Both the position numbers and the translations under genes were made by a program. From Camelus ferus (lineage: Eukaryota), in the NCBI RefSeq assembly GCF_009834535.1, contig NC_045696.1:99140001-99204000 (forward strand): a DNA stretch of 64,000 bases, given 5' to 3'. Within the stretch, counting starts at the first letter, position 1, and each line of letters opens with the position of its first letter. Below the pieces are notes generated by a model. The model did not search any database. It was not told the DNA's origin and saw nothing but the letters and a program-made list of their open reading frames with translations. This document shows, piece after piece, positions 25,113 through 38,069 of the stretch.

Positions 25113-27424
25113 ATTAGGGAGCGTAAGTGCTGCGCTAAGCGGCAGTGATGCAGTTTGATGGAGCTGCCCCTGGAAGGTAATAAAGAGCAGGGGACACGCT
25201 CCTCAGAGTGTGTTCCTGAATTAAAAGCCAGTGGTATAAGAGTTCACTGGAGAACCTAGGCAGGGAGAAGTACTTACTCCATGGCTGTTGGCGACACTGA
25301 GCACATCATTAGTCTATTCTAGTTAGCTATTTACTTCCAGGTGCAACTCGAAGTGTAGTGCAAAAAACAAAAACAAAAACAAAACTTTATATTATGTTTG
25401 GTCCTGGATACCCTGAAAACACATTCAAGCCTGTGTACTTCTTTAATAGTGACAATGAAGTTTTACTGCTGCTAGGTTCAAAGATAAGACCCGTCCGTGC
25501 AAATGGAAGCTGTGCATTCTGTAATTGCCATTTCTCCATAGGCTACCTTTTGGAGGTATAGTACAAAATCCTGTATTTTCTGTTTGAAAACACGTAATAT
25601 TATTGGGAGGTGGTGGTATCTGAAACATTGGTTTTTATTACGTATTTGCAATTACTATTAAAAATATCTAAATAGATAGTCTTATCCTTTTTATATGAAA
25701 TTAGCAGCTCTACTACTTACTTTTTCAGAGTGAAAAAAAAAAATCCAAGAGTATTTTAACCTAAACGGTCTGGGGAAATTGATGACAATAGCAAATCCTA
25801 GGTTCAGATGATTTAACTCAGTCATGTTTTATTTGCATATAAGAAGTATTCCAATAGTCACTTAGTAATTTAAGGATGAAACTTCCACTTAAAAAAACAC
25901 ATTGATTTTATTATTTCTTTCACCTTAGTGCCAGAGCATATTTTGAAAAAATGTTTATAAATAACTTAGTTATTCTGGGTATTTCTGAATAATTCAAATG
26001 CCTTTTTTCCAAAAAGAAGCAACGTGTACATTAAATCACTCATCACATAAAGTGGAACTCTATGTTTCACATGCATATTGACTATTTCCCTATCGTAGTC
26101 AGGATCCTATTTTGAAATTTTCTGAGTTATATGTACTACTGCTGACCTTTCTTCATTGAAAGGCATCAAAACAACTGTGAATTAAGCTTTTAAATAATAG
26201 CAAAATCATCAACTATTGGTATAAACTGTATTAATGATAAGAGGAACCCTAAACAACCTAAGTTTGCAAACATAAAAAATAAGCAGAACCAAAACCTCAG
26301 TTCATAACTTTTTGAAGAATTAAATGTTTCAGGTATCTCTGTATCACCTAGACAACATAGCTCAATTTCTCCTGATGCAGTCTGACAGAGCACAACTCTT
26401 AAGACCTAATCCACGCCAAACCCTATTTTAATTGATTAAAATAAATTGATATTTTCAGAGGTGAAAAAGTACACAATACCTGCATTGTGGCTTCTATTCT
26501 TATTTCCACTAAATGATGATAAATGTTTATGATATAGCAAAATGGTACATTTGTCTGCGCTACTCCACAACTTACATGATTTGTAGAAAAGTTTTGTTTT
26601 TAATTAAAGTGTATTATACAACATCAGAATTTTTCTTCTTTATTATGCCAAGGAAGCATATGGAAATCTGAACTCTGAAATGTGACTGATTTGTTCTGAT
26701 GCTAGAGCATTTTGCTCCCATGTAAACAATTCCTGTGACATGAATATGATAATGTGGTACCCTAGAAAAATCCATTGCTATAAGTAGCATGTGGTTTTGA
26801 CTCCTGAACTAGAGGAATATGCAAAAATCTAGCTTGTCAAACAAGTGATTGTAAACATTTGGTGAACCCTTAAGCTAAAGACAGAAATAATTACTGAATC
26901 TGTTGTTTTGGTTTTTTTTTTAAAGTAACCAGCTCATTGTAGTCTCTCCCTTGTTCTGCATTTTTTTTTTCAGCAGAATAGTTGAAGTCCCCCTACATGG
27001 TTCATAGATATAGACCAAATATTCTGGTCCTGGAGCCCCCTAACTCTGAACATACAGATGCCAACATCAAGACAAATGGCAAACGAGTGAGATATATTTC
27101 ACACCAATGATTGTGTTAAGAGTATATGCTTTCTTAATTCAATCTGTCAAAATCAAAAAATCTACTTTCACAAATGACATGGACTATATCTTTTATGTAT
27201 TTTTAAAAACCTTGAAAGTGAGTCAAAAAGATTTATTTTTTATGACTTTTCAATGGGCTTTGGACTCTTCTGAATTATAAAATACTAAAGATAGAGTTTC
27301 AAAATACTAAATTTAGAGTTAACTCTAAATTCATATCAAAAAACCTTAACAGAATATATTAATTTAATAGAGTTATTTTTCTTCTAAAAGGAGAATAATT
27401 TATATATACACTAACTCATTGATT

Positions 27425-27545
27425 TCAATGCTTCCCAAACATCCTTGATCCATAAGAATCACCTTAGGAGCTTATTAAAATACAGATTCCTGAACGTAAA
27501 GTCTCAGATGAACCTTATGGTCAGAAAGCTTTAGAATGACAGATT
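27425..27545. mobile_element. MER5-like hAT fragment
   Basis: caatgcttcccaaac...cataagaatcacct..ggagcttattaaaatacagattcctg. Confidence 0.55.
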
Positions 27546-27923
27546 TAGATCTACAATGGAGACCAGAGACTGGATTAATGTGTGTAATAGACTTTCTTTC
27601 AGTTTCAATGTTCTATTCTTTATGAATTAACTAAGAAACCACAGGTTCTTTCTTTTGATATAAAATCATATATATGTAGGTATAAACATAAGCATTGGCA
27701 CAGACATGGATACCAAAACAGATACTTTTTTGTGAGAGATACATAGATAGAGAGAGACAGATATAGATAGATAATCATAACATGGAAACTTTTTATCACA
27801 TTCCATAGTTTTCAACTGAAATTCAGTCTTCTTTTTCAACAGACATGTATCTTTATAAAAAATGTAATGAATTCATGGAAAGAACAAATGCAAACTAGCC
27901 ACTGAAATTATTCTCTACACATA

Positions 27924-28129
27924 CAGTCATCCCCTGGTATCTGGTGGGATTTGTTCCAGGAGCTCCCACCCATTCCAAAACTCAAGGATGCTCAAGTCCC
28001 TTATATAAAATGGTGTAGTACAACCAGTACAGTTGGCCCTCCACATCCATAGGTTTCACATCTGTGGATTTTGATCCATGGTTGGTTGACAACGTGGATG
28101 CAAAACCAGCAGATAGAGACGGCAAACTC
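27924..28129 (+). mobile_element. MER2-family Tigger MITE (short variant)
   Basis: ta|cagtcatcccctggtatc...ggatgctcaagtcccttatataaaatggtgtagta...gatccatggttggttga...ggcaaactc|ta; degenerate terminal inverted repeats and TA flanks. Confidence 0.82.
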
Positions 28130-28424
28130 TATTACATTAATCATGTATCTACTCAATGGTCTTTTTGCCTACAGATATACAAGCAGACTGCATGTGTAAA
28201 TTTATAGAGATTTTTTTAGCTGTTACATGTTTAAAGTAAATTACGAGGCCATTTTGTATTTAACAAAATTAAATGTTTTTAAAAACCCAGTTTGAAAATT
28301 TTGACCTACTTTGTTCATAAAATTTAGGATAAATAAAACTAGAGAACCAGTCAATCTAAATGTTGAATTAGTTGCTCTTTCATATTTCTGAAATTATTGC
28401 TAAAACCAGTCAGCATCAGCCTGC

Positions 28425-28552
28425 AGAGTGGTCTGAATGAATGCTTTGCAGATTTCAATGTGCATACAAATCACCTACAAATCTTGTTAAACTGAAATCT
28501 GATTTAGTAGATGGATGGATGTTAGGGTCCAGGAATATTCATATCTAACCAG
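28425..28552. mobile_element. MER5A-like fragment truncated by L1
   Basis: aatgtgcatacaaatcacct...atcttgttaaa...tctgatttagtag...aggaatattcatatctaac. Confidence 0.6.
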
Positions 28553-29642
28553 TTAGACTCCACCAAGAAACTGTTAAAACTAATAAATGAATTCAGTAAA
28601 GTTGCAGGATACAAAATCAATATATAAATATCAGTTGCTTTTCTATACACTAACAACAAACTATTCAAAAAAGAAATTAAGAAAACAACTCCACTTACAA
28701 TAGCATCAGGAGTTAAATTAGGAATAAATTTAACCAAAAAGGTGAAAGATCTGTACATTGAAAACTATAAAACAGGGATGAAAGTAATTGAAGAAAACAC
28801 AAATAAATGGAAATACATCCTATGTTCTTATATTGGAAAAATTAATACTGTGAAAATGTCCATACTACTGAAAGCTAACTACAGATTCAAAGTAATCCTT
28901 ATCAAAATTCCAAAGGCACTGTGGCTTTTTTTACAGGAATAGAGAAGGCTATTCTAAAATTCATATGGAACAACAAAAGGCCCTGAATAACCAAAGCAAT
29001 CTTGAGAAAAGAACAAAGCTAATGACATCATAATCCTGATTTTAAACTATATTACAAAGCTTTAGTAATCAAAATAGTATGGTACTGACATAAAAGCAAA
29101 CAGACAAGTGGAACAGAATAGGAGGCCCAGAAATAAACACACACAAATAGCATTAACTAATCTATGGCAAGGGTGCCCAGAATACACAGTAGAGAAGAAT
29201 AGTCTCTTCAGGAAATGATGTTGGGAAAAGTGAATATCCACATGCCAAAGGATAGAACTGAACTCCTACACCATATACAAAAATTGACTCAGAATGGATT
29301 AAAGACTTAAACACAAGACCCAAAACTGTAAAACTTCCAGAAGAAAACATAGGGGGAAATCTCTTTGACACTGATCTTAACAATGACATTTATAAACAAG
29401 ATTATACAGTATAGCACAGGGAAATATATACAAGATCTTGTGGTAGCTCACAGCAAAAGAAAATGTGACAATGAATATATGTATGTTCATGTGTAACTGA
29501 AAAATTGTGCTCTACACTGGAATTTGACACAACATTGTAAAATGACTATAACTCAATTAAAAAATGTAAAATAAAATAGTCAAAAAAAATGACTTTTTTT
29601 TGATATGACATCAAAAGCAATGGGCAACAAAAGCAAAAACAA
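28553..29642 (+). mobile_element. Degraded LINE-1 ORF2 fragment (post-RT region)
   Basis: ORF 28742..28942 ([39 protein letters not shown]) matches L1 ORF2p; aattcagtaaagttgcaggatacaaaatcaat; many stops and frameshifts. Confidence 0.95.
29392..29587 (+). mobile_element. Short young camelid L1 3' end nested in the older L1 ORF2
   Basis: ataaacaagattatacagtatagcacagggaaat...ctggaatttgacacaacattgtaaaatg; imperfect TSD aatgac(a/t)ttt at 29382-29391 and 29588-29597; host L1 resumes tgatatgacatcaaaagca. Confidence 0.9.
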
Positions 29643-31254
29643 GACCTAGAATTAATGAATTGATTGTGCAGGTGATCAGTATGGCCAGTTTAGAAGGAAA
29701 GCTCACAAGTCCATAGTTGCTAGTAGATTCTTGTCTTCTATTTATTACTAACACACAGCTAGGCATGGAGTTGCTTAGCAACAAAAGTAAGTCACAAAGA
29801 ATGGTTTAAAGGAATTAAAACAATTAAGTTTAGAGAAGCAAAGACTCCCTAAGAAAGATAGTGATCAAATATTTTTTTCATATCTGTAAAGTACCAAGAC
29901 TTTGAAACTGGAGCAAAATTAAAACCTTTTAATTTTGAGCCTGTTTTGGTGTGGCATAGCAATTCTCTTGACTCACTGTAGTCACAATTAGGCTGTGGTC
30001 TGTAAATAATTCACTTATCATATAAATGAAAGCAGATGCAAGATTGTCCTTAAACCAATGTCACCCTCACTTGCATTCCAATCTGCTTTCTTGAATGAAG
30101 GAGGTTGGGCTGATAAACCAGAAAAGATACATAATACACAGATGACAATATCATGCAACTGCCTGTGCATAGTATGTTGTTCCTGGAACAACACCATGAC
30201 ATGTGTTGCAGTGAATAAAAAGTTCAGTATAAGGAGCGTTAGAAAACAAGGCTAATCATACCTAGAATACACTGCTGAGGTAATCCTATTTAGTTTCAAG
30301 AATAAAAGCTGTAAGTTACTATCTTGGGTGATTTCAAGTTTTAACATGTCACTGTCATAATATATAATATTCTAGAGGCTTTTCACTTTCTTAAAGTTCT
30401 TTTTTTTTTATCAAATTAATTACATACTGTACCAATTTTTTTGTTTTCTAGTTTGTGACCAGGGAAGTCAGATGCCACGTTTACATTTATATTGATGCTC
30501 ATAATATCCCGTGGTGCCTAACACATAGTCTGTACTCAAAAAGTATTGGATGAGTTTAATTGGTTTCTTTATCTTCAACATAATTATTCTCTGTAGAATA
30601 TTTACCTAGAATTCAGATCCTCTTCTATAAAAGGACACACTGTACAGCATATAATATCTCTTTAAGAGAGCATAAGAAGATAAAAGGTTCTCTTTATAAA
30701 GGTATTTACTCTTATTTATTGACATGAATTGAGATGGTTGAACTGAATAACATGCAAATATACTTAATAAATTAGAAAAACAGAACCGAGAAGAGAAAAA
30801 CTAAATATTTTAGCCCAAAACATTATTTGATTCATATGAAGAACTATCAAATTTAACACTGAGCTTTATAGCAGCCAGTGCAAAAAAGAAACTTATAAAG
30901 TTGTGTAATTTTTATTAAGTAGAAAGTGTTTCAATTCCTCACAGAAGACAATTATAACAGTTTCTAAATTCTAGGATAAATTCTCCTATGAAATTTAATC
31001 TGGGACCTCAGAGAAAGAAATGGACTAATGTTGCTGCTTTTTTTGTGATCTCTTTCAATAAAAGCTGAAGCCAGGGAGAGTGACGCCACCAGGTCTAAGT
31101 TAATGTAGGTAAATATTATTGCCACTCTGGCTTCAAATTGTACCCAATGATAAAACATACGAGTATCCACAGAAGTTGATCCATTTCAGGCCCCTGGACT
31201 AATGTCTCTCAAAAAATCACACCTCACACTCAGACTCTGGTACACAGGGAATAT

Positions 31255-31385
31255 AGTACACAGGGAAAGGATCACAGGCTTTGGAATCAAAAGGACATTC
31301 AGACTTGACAATCCATTTCATCTTGAACAACTTATTTCACTTCCCAGAGCCCGAGTTTCCTTAGCAGAAATATACAGTTGAGAAA
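31255..31385 (+). mobile_element. MIR remnant
   Basis: acaggctttggaatca...tcttgaacaacttatttcacttcccagagcccgagtttcctt. Confidence 0.6.
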
Positions 31386-31519
31386 TAGAGGCAGAAATAA
31401 AATCATCACACATGCCCTGGAGGAGACATTACTTGCTGCAGAAAAATAAGGGACATTGGATTTCAGATGAGCAGACAAAACAGTTACAATGTTTATGATG
31501 CTTGAAAAGCCTCTACAGG

Positions 31520-32208
31520 ATTCCTCTAAAGACTGAAAATAGACTTACCATATGATCCAGCAATCCTACTCCTGGGCATATATCCAGAGGGAAGCTTAAT
31601 TCAAAGAGATACAGGCACCCCAGTGTTCATAGCAGCACTATTTACAATAGCCAAGACATGGAAACAATCTAAATGTCCATCAACAGATGACTAGATAAAG
31701 AAGTTGCAGTATACTGATACAATGGAATACTACACAGCCATATAAAAGAATAGAATAATGTCATTTGCAGCAACATGGATGGACCTGGAGATTGTCATTC
31801 TAAGTGAAGTAAACTAGAAAGAGAAAGAAAAATACCATATGATATCACTTATATGTGGAATCTAAAAAAAAAAAAAAAGACGAACTTATTTACAAAACAG
31901 AAACAGACTCACAGACATTGAAAAGAAACCTATGCTTACCAGGGGAAGAAGTAATAAATTGGGAGTTCAAGATTTGCAGATATCAACTAATATATATAAA
32001 ATAGATAAACAACAAGTTCATACTGGACAGCACAGGGAACTATATTCAATATCTTGTAGTAACTTACGGTGAAGAATATGAAAACAAAAATATATGTTCA
32101 TGTATGACTGAAGCATTGTGTAAGTTGACACAACGTTGTAAACTGACTTTACTTCAATAAAAATTTATATATACCAAAAAGAAAAAAGAAAGAAAAAAAA
32201 AAAAGAAA
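31520..32208 (+). mobile_element. LINE-1 3' end (ORF2 C-terminus plus 3' UTR and poly-A)
   Basis: aaaatagacttaccatatgatccagcaatcctactcctgggcatatatccagag...acttcaataaaa and A tail; imperfect flanking repeat gaaa(a/g)g(c/t)ctct(a/c)caggattc at 31504-31523 and 32209-32228. Confidence 0.94.
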
Positions 32209-33643
32209 GAAAGGTCTCTCCAGGATTCTCATTCTACCAAAGAACCACCTGCCTAATCAAGGGGAGGGAGCAAAGCCAGGACTCCCTTACACCAGGAGCA
32301 ACTCGTAATCCCTTCAGGAATTAGACAAGTATTCAACTGAGATTCCATATTTCCACACCACAGAATTAGTCCAATATCGACGTGGAAACTGTACAAAGCA
32401 GACACTTTCCATTGCTCACACTGGCCACAGAAAAGTCTCAGTAAAAATTCCAAGGCTTAGATGATGCTAAGCCACTTAGCTTCCTTTCCCATGAGCATGC
32501 CAGAATTAGTTAGCTGCAAATATATGCCCAGATCATTGAACACATGGACCAGATATATACAGACATTTAGTGCTCACTGTTCTAATTTTAGGAGCACGTC
32601 TTTGTCAGATAATGAGTTTCACTTTTCCTAGTTAATGTTGAGTCAATCTTTCTGGCAGTAAATTCTATGGTCATTTGCCTTACGCAGCCATCAAACCAGG
32701 TCATCAGACTGTGAAGGATATCTTTTCCACTGTGGATATAAAATGCCAAAATATCAACACACACACTAAACAAAAGTAGAACAAAGGTGATCTCTGTTTT
32801 CCACTGCTGAATACTATCATCTGAGCATTAAGTCATGGAATTACATCCCTTCCAGACGTGAGAAGTGTAACTCACAACAAATCCAGTAATAACATTGATT
32901 TCATACAAAACTTTTTTCATCAAATAGTGTTTCTTATAATCAACTCTAAATTTTATCATTTCTCCATTGATACAGGGGGTTCCCCCCAGAGAATTCACAA
33001 CTGATTTTTCTTCTAAGTCCAATTGAATTCAATGTGTTTGATAATATTTTGTTTCAGAATAAATCCAGCATCACAAGAAAAGCAAGTGAGGGACAAACAA
33101 GTCTGTATTTTTTTACAGGTAAATATTATTTTTGTATTTACTTCCTTATATTAGTTTTCCTGTTGGGCACTCCGTGCATGTTTTCATCTGAAATTAATTT
33201 TGTTTCTAACCCTCTCCCTCTACCACCACCACTCCCTTCTCCCACCGCCCCCCAAAAAAAACTTAAATAGAGTAAATGGTCCAAATATCCCAAAGGAAAG
33301 CTTTTCCACTTTAATCCACATAGAGGAAAAGAAGACATATATCTTCTGCTGATGGCGCAGCAGCCTGTGCACTATGTGTTGGTAAGCCTCGTCTTGTTGC
33401 TAGTGGCAGAAATAATCATGCTTTGTATTTGTGTAATACCTTTCTTCTGCAGAGCTTTGCAAGATTTTATGTGTTTTGCATCACTAATCTTCATAACATC
33501 CCATATTTACGGGAATCAACGGAAGTAAAGAGCACGTTCAAACCTGAAAGATCATGAAGTGGACAAAACTGATAAAGAAAGATGCTAAACACAGCTGATC
33601 TTGTTAAGAGTGTATGGAAATGTCGTGGGGCCAGACTCTCATT

Positions 33644-33905
33644 CCCCGTCACACTATATGCACCATTTTCCATAAGCGAATCTTTCTTTCAATCTAGAGA
33701 GAGAGCCATGACTGAAAGCTGAAAAGAAGAAAGATTCAGTGACTAAGCAGCAGAGTGGAACCTCAGGGCCTCTGCGTTTTCTTTTTAATTCTGCTCCTAA
33801 TTTGTGACGTGACCCCAAGAAACCTTTTGCCCTCTTTAAGCCTCAATTGTTTTACTTACAAAATAGTATTGTGCCAGTATGTTGCTCCACATCCTGGCTC
33901 TGGCT
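33644..33905 (+). repeat. Local dispersed duplication, copy A (unique 5' half plus MIR-like 3' half)
   Basis: Shares ccccgtcacactatatgcacc, ccatgactgaa, gaaagattcagtgactaagca and tggaacctcag with 38915-39180. Confidence 0.9.
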
Positions 33906-33939
33906 TCCAACACTCTGTCTTTTGTAGTGTCCTTTAATT

Positions 33940-34880
33940 AATTTGTTCATCTATTCAACAAATATATATTGAGCATCTTCCATGTTTAAAGCACTGGGGC
34001 AGTCTCTTTGGGACTCTAAAGGAAATGAAGACATTATCCAGAGCTTAAAAAATAGAAGCCGACACTCTTACACATATAAAAATAAACCACTATAAGTTAA
34101 GTGTCATTGAATGATGCAAATGATACACTAAACAAATTCTAAGGATTTGCTTCTGGCAGACTGGCTTAGCAGAAAGAGCGCTGAACAAGGAATAAAACCT
34201 CATCTGTAGATCCGATTCTGCCACCTGAAAATGGGTGAAATAACAGCAGAACTCACAAAGCTGATCATAAAATCAAGTATTGCAGGAGAAAGCACCTTAT
34301 AAATGTAAATTTTTTTCAATTGTCACTGAAGAGATCAAAAGAATGCTTCAGGCAAATGACATTAAAATGATCTTTGGATGATGAAGAGTATTTCAATAGG
34401 TGGATAATATTCTGGACAGAAAGAACTTTACAAGCTAAGACACACAGCAGGAAATATACTGAGACAACTAAGAAATCAAAGGATCAAAAGTCATAATGAG
34501 GGGGAGGACACTTTCAGAAGGTGTAGGATGGTAGTAAAGTAAAGGAGTGAAAGATATGAATCAAGGAAATTATGAGGGGATTTGTTAGTCTAAGATGTTC
34601 AGATGTTCAAAATGTTGGCATGATCTAAGACAGGATGGTGGTTGACCCATGGTTGAAATGAACTGAGGATTTAACTCAGCAAAATTGAAGTGATTCAGGA
34701 AATCTGAATCCACGATTGTATGAGCCAAGCACAGAAACAGAGAAGAGAATGCAGAGTAGAGAAAGAAATCTTGTACTCTGTGCAGACGTCATCAAAGAGT
34801 GGGAGACGGCAACGAAAGCCAATGAATGGCAGAAATGAGGTGCATGAAAGACTAAGAAAAGTCGGGTGACAAAAATTGGA
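33940..34880 (-). mobile_element. L2 remnant (with a probable MIR at ~34160-34310)
   Basis: ttcatctattcaacaaatatatattgagcatct...aagcactgggg (L2 3' end) followed by purine-rich L2-like body. Confidence 0.55.
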
Positions 34881-36254
34881 AAAATAACAGAGGAGGTTGA
34901 GGATATACAAAATTCCATAGTTTGCTTATCGTGATGCTTTGTTTAAGATTCTCCTGACATAACATTGTTCAGCAACTAGCTCCAATCTAACCACTAATCT
35001 AGAAGGCTTAATGGTCAACATGCAAGCCAGGACCATTCCCCGTAGCTCCAACTCAGGACAGCACAGCTAGCAGCCGTACCCTTCTCTGTGATCTGTGACG
35101 CCCCCATTAGGACACCTGCTCCATATCCCCTTTCTCCTCTCCTCCTCCCACAACACACTCTTTCATACACACTTTGAAGAAGTCAGAAGTAGCTCAAACT
35201 TAGAATTTCTAGCCCTCAGAATCTGAACTCTGTGCTACTTGCTTGAACAGAATTCACTATGACATTAGATACATGTACATAATTTTTAAAGTTAGCATTC
35301 AGTTATTTCATCCACGTTGCATGAACATATAGCAGCAATTGAAATAATGCTAACTTATAAATTCTGATTAGATTCAAGATTACCTTTTCCATTTTTGCAA
35401 AGTATGCCTTCCATTTGACTGTCATATTTTAAAACTATTGGCTAATATACAGATCACCATAAACTCTGTTCATGAGTCTAAAATGGTGAAAACTAGTATG
35501 ACCCATGGTATCTTACCATGACTAAAACATTTTAAATATGTTTTTTAAAAACCACATGATTAACTAGTGATCTGGGAATGAGAGATACTTTCTTTTAGTT
35601 TATTCCTCATTTTGTTTTTCACCTTTTGACCTATTTTTCTTTCTTCTTTTGATAACTGGTTCGCCTTTGATCAACAAGAGTGAATGTTCAATGATCAGAA
35701 TGAAACTCTTACGTCAAAGGTCAGAACAATTTCTTGATGGCCAGTTTTATGAGGAATTCAGTATTAACTGGTCCATTTAGCTTAGAGTATGTGGCTATAC
35801 ATGTTTCTCATATATATTTTTCCTTATAAAAAAGGAAAATTACTTTAAAATATGTCATCTAGTTGTGAGCAGACCTCCCACAGACTACCAAAAGATAAGT
35901 GTAATGATGATTATTGTGTTCAAAATATGTCATTTAGAGTGACCAAATGTCATATTTCAGGGTTTTATATGATCTAATTTCTGAACTAAGACAATGTCTT
36001 ATTCTCAAAAGCATTTATGCCCAAACCTATTATTAATGTGGTTTGCTTTTTCTCAAATTTTCTCCAAAAACACAAAACTAATGATTTCCTCATTATTTAT
36101 ATTTATTTGTCATGCTAAATTTTCAATAGTTGGCTCTGAACCAATCACTGTTTAAAAAGAGAAGTTCTTAACAAGTTGTTGACTATTTATAAGGTTATTT
36201 AAGGATAAAATAGCTCCCTTAAAACAACCCCAAATAGATGCAATGGTGCCTCTA

Positions 36255-36470
36255 TAACAGGCATTTAATTTAATCTCTGCATGTCCATTCAGCGCCTAAA
36301 AATTTATTTTGCATATTTTATTTCATTTGATCTTCACAACATCCCATTAAATTATGTTTTCAAATATTTTTGTTATCCCTATTCTCAGACAAGGAAACTG
36401 AGACTCAGTTCAACAAATTACTTGCTCAAGTTTACACATAATAAGTAGAAAAGACTAGAATTCACGTCCT
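36255..36470 (-). mobile_element. MIR remnant
   Basis: atttcatttgatcttcacaaca...atccctattctcagacaaggaaactgagactcag...cttgctcaag. Confidence 0.7.
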
Positions 36471-37113
36471 CAAAAGGCACCATACTATATGCCGGTTTGA
36501 TCCAAAAAGAAACAGTAGGGAGAGAACCTTAATAATCTGTCACTTTGAAAAAGCATTTAATTTTAATGCAATACAAAGAGAAATCAGAAGTATAAGATTG
36601 GAAAAGATGACAAAATATGCCATTTGCAGACAAAATGTTTACCTACATAGAAAATGTAAATGAACTCATAGATAAACCAAGAGAAAGAGATGACTTTATC
36701 AAAGAGGTTGAATAAGACTAAGACATTGTTCCTATAAACAATCAAGAATGTTTTTAAAATATACAAATATTATGTTAAAAATTAAATTCACAATAACAAG
36801 AAACAAGCTAGTGTAACAAAAATACACAAGAACTGTATATGAATGTTATAAATCTTCAGGAAAACCATAAAAAAGACCCATAAATAACATCTTCTCCACC
36901 CTAGGAACTGTCATTTTAGGTGGAAAACTCTGAAATATAAGTGTTCATGACATCATCAAATATTAAAAAATGACAACGCTATCTAATGTGATCAAGGAAG
37001 GCTTTGTCCTTTTGACATTTTTTGCCTAATATTACCCTGGTTTGAATATTTGCACCACCAAAAAAAAAAAAAAGATTGCTTAACTTGTTTTAAAATGACA
37101 GGTAGATCAGAAT

Positions 37114-37794
37114 GGCTCCAGTGTGAAAGCTGGCCTTTCCACATGTGAGGGGAGTATGGAGGACTGGAGCTCTCGTGCACTACTGGTGGGAACATAAAGT
37201 GGCACAACTTGGTTAAACCATCCGGTAATTTCACAAAAAGTTACGTGTACACTATAAAATGGTCCAGCCATTCCACTCCTACTTATTTCCCTAAGAGAAA
37301 AGAAAGTGTATGTCCATACGGCAAGTTGAACATGAATGGTCACAGCAGCTTTATTTGTAGTAGCCAAACGTTATAAGCAACCTAAATGTCTATCAACAGG
37401 AGAATGGATAAACGGAGCGTGCAAATATATACCATGGACTACGACTCAGCAATAAAAAGAAATGGACTTTTGACACACACAAAAGAAAGGATGAATTTTA
37501 AATAATTATGCTGAAATAATCCAGACAACAAAAAAGAACATACAGTAGAATTCCATTTATACAAAACTCTGGAAAATACAAGATCATCTAATCTATAGTG
37601 ACAGAAAACAGATCGGTGGTTGCCTAGGGGGCAGGGGGGAGAGGGGACATTACATAAAAGCATGACAACAGTGGGGTGAGGGACATGTGGTGATGGTTTC
37701 ATATGCATCTACATGTGTCAGACTTACCAAGTTGTGCACTTCTAAAATATGCAGTTTATTGTATTTCGAATATACCACAATAAAACTGTTTTTT
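37114..37794 (+). mobile_element. Old LINE-1 (L1MB/L1MC-type) 3' end with preserved TSD
   Basis: ccagccattccactcctacttatttccctaagagaaa...cagcagctttatttgtagtagccaaa...ataccacaataaaactg; TSD tgacaggtaga(t/c)cagaat at 37096-37113 and 37798-37815. Confidence 0.9.
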
Positions 37795-38069
37795 AAGTGA
37801 CAGGTAGACCAGAATAGTTTAGCACAGGGTGAATTTCCAACCTACAGCATTCAGAATGCTACAGCCTTATTTTACTGATAATTTTTTAAATTCCTTCTAT
37901 AGAAGATATTTATGCCATGTATTTATAGAGGAATACATTTACAGAACTTCTTATGATAGGTCACTGAGTAGGAGACTAACTTCATCCATTTGTCTTTTAA
38001 TTGCATCCAGTCTTTTGTGGAACTATAGAGATTCAGAAACAAAAGTTTGTCTTTATCCCTGTGCACTGA

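Noticed and set aside
28742..28942. 66-aa ORF with real protein similarity
   Set aside because: It is a fragment of a dead LINE-1 ORF2 with surrounding stops and frameshifts, not a host gene
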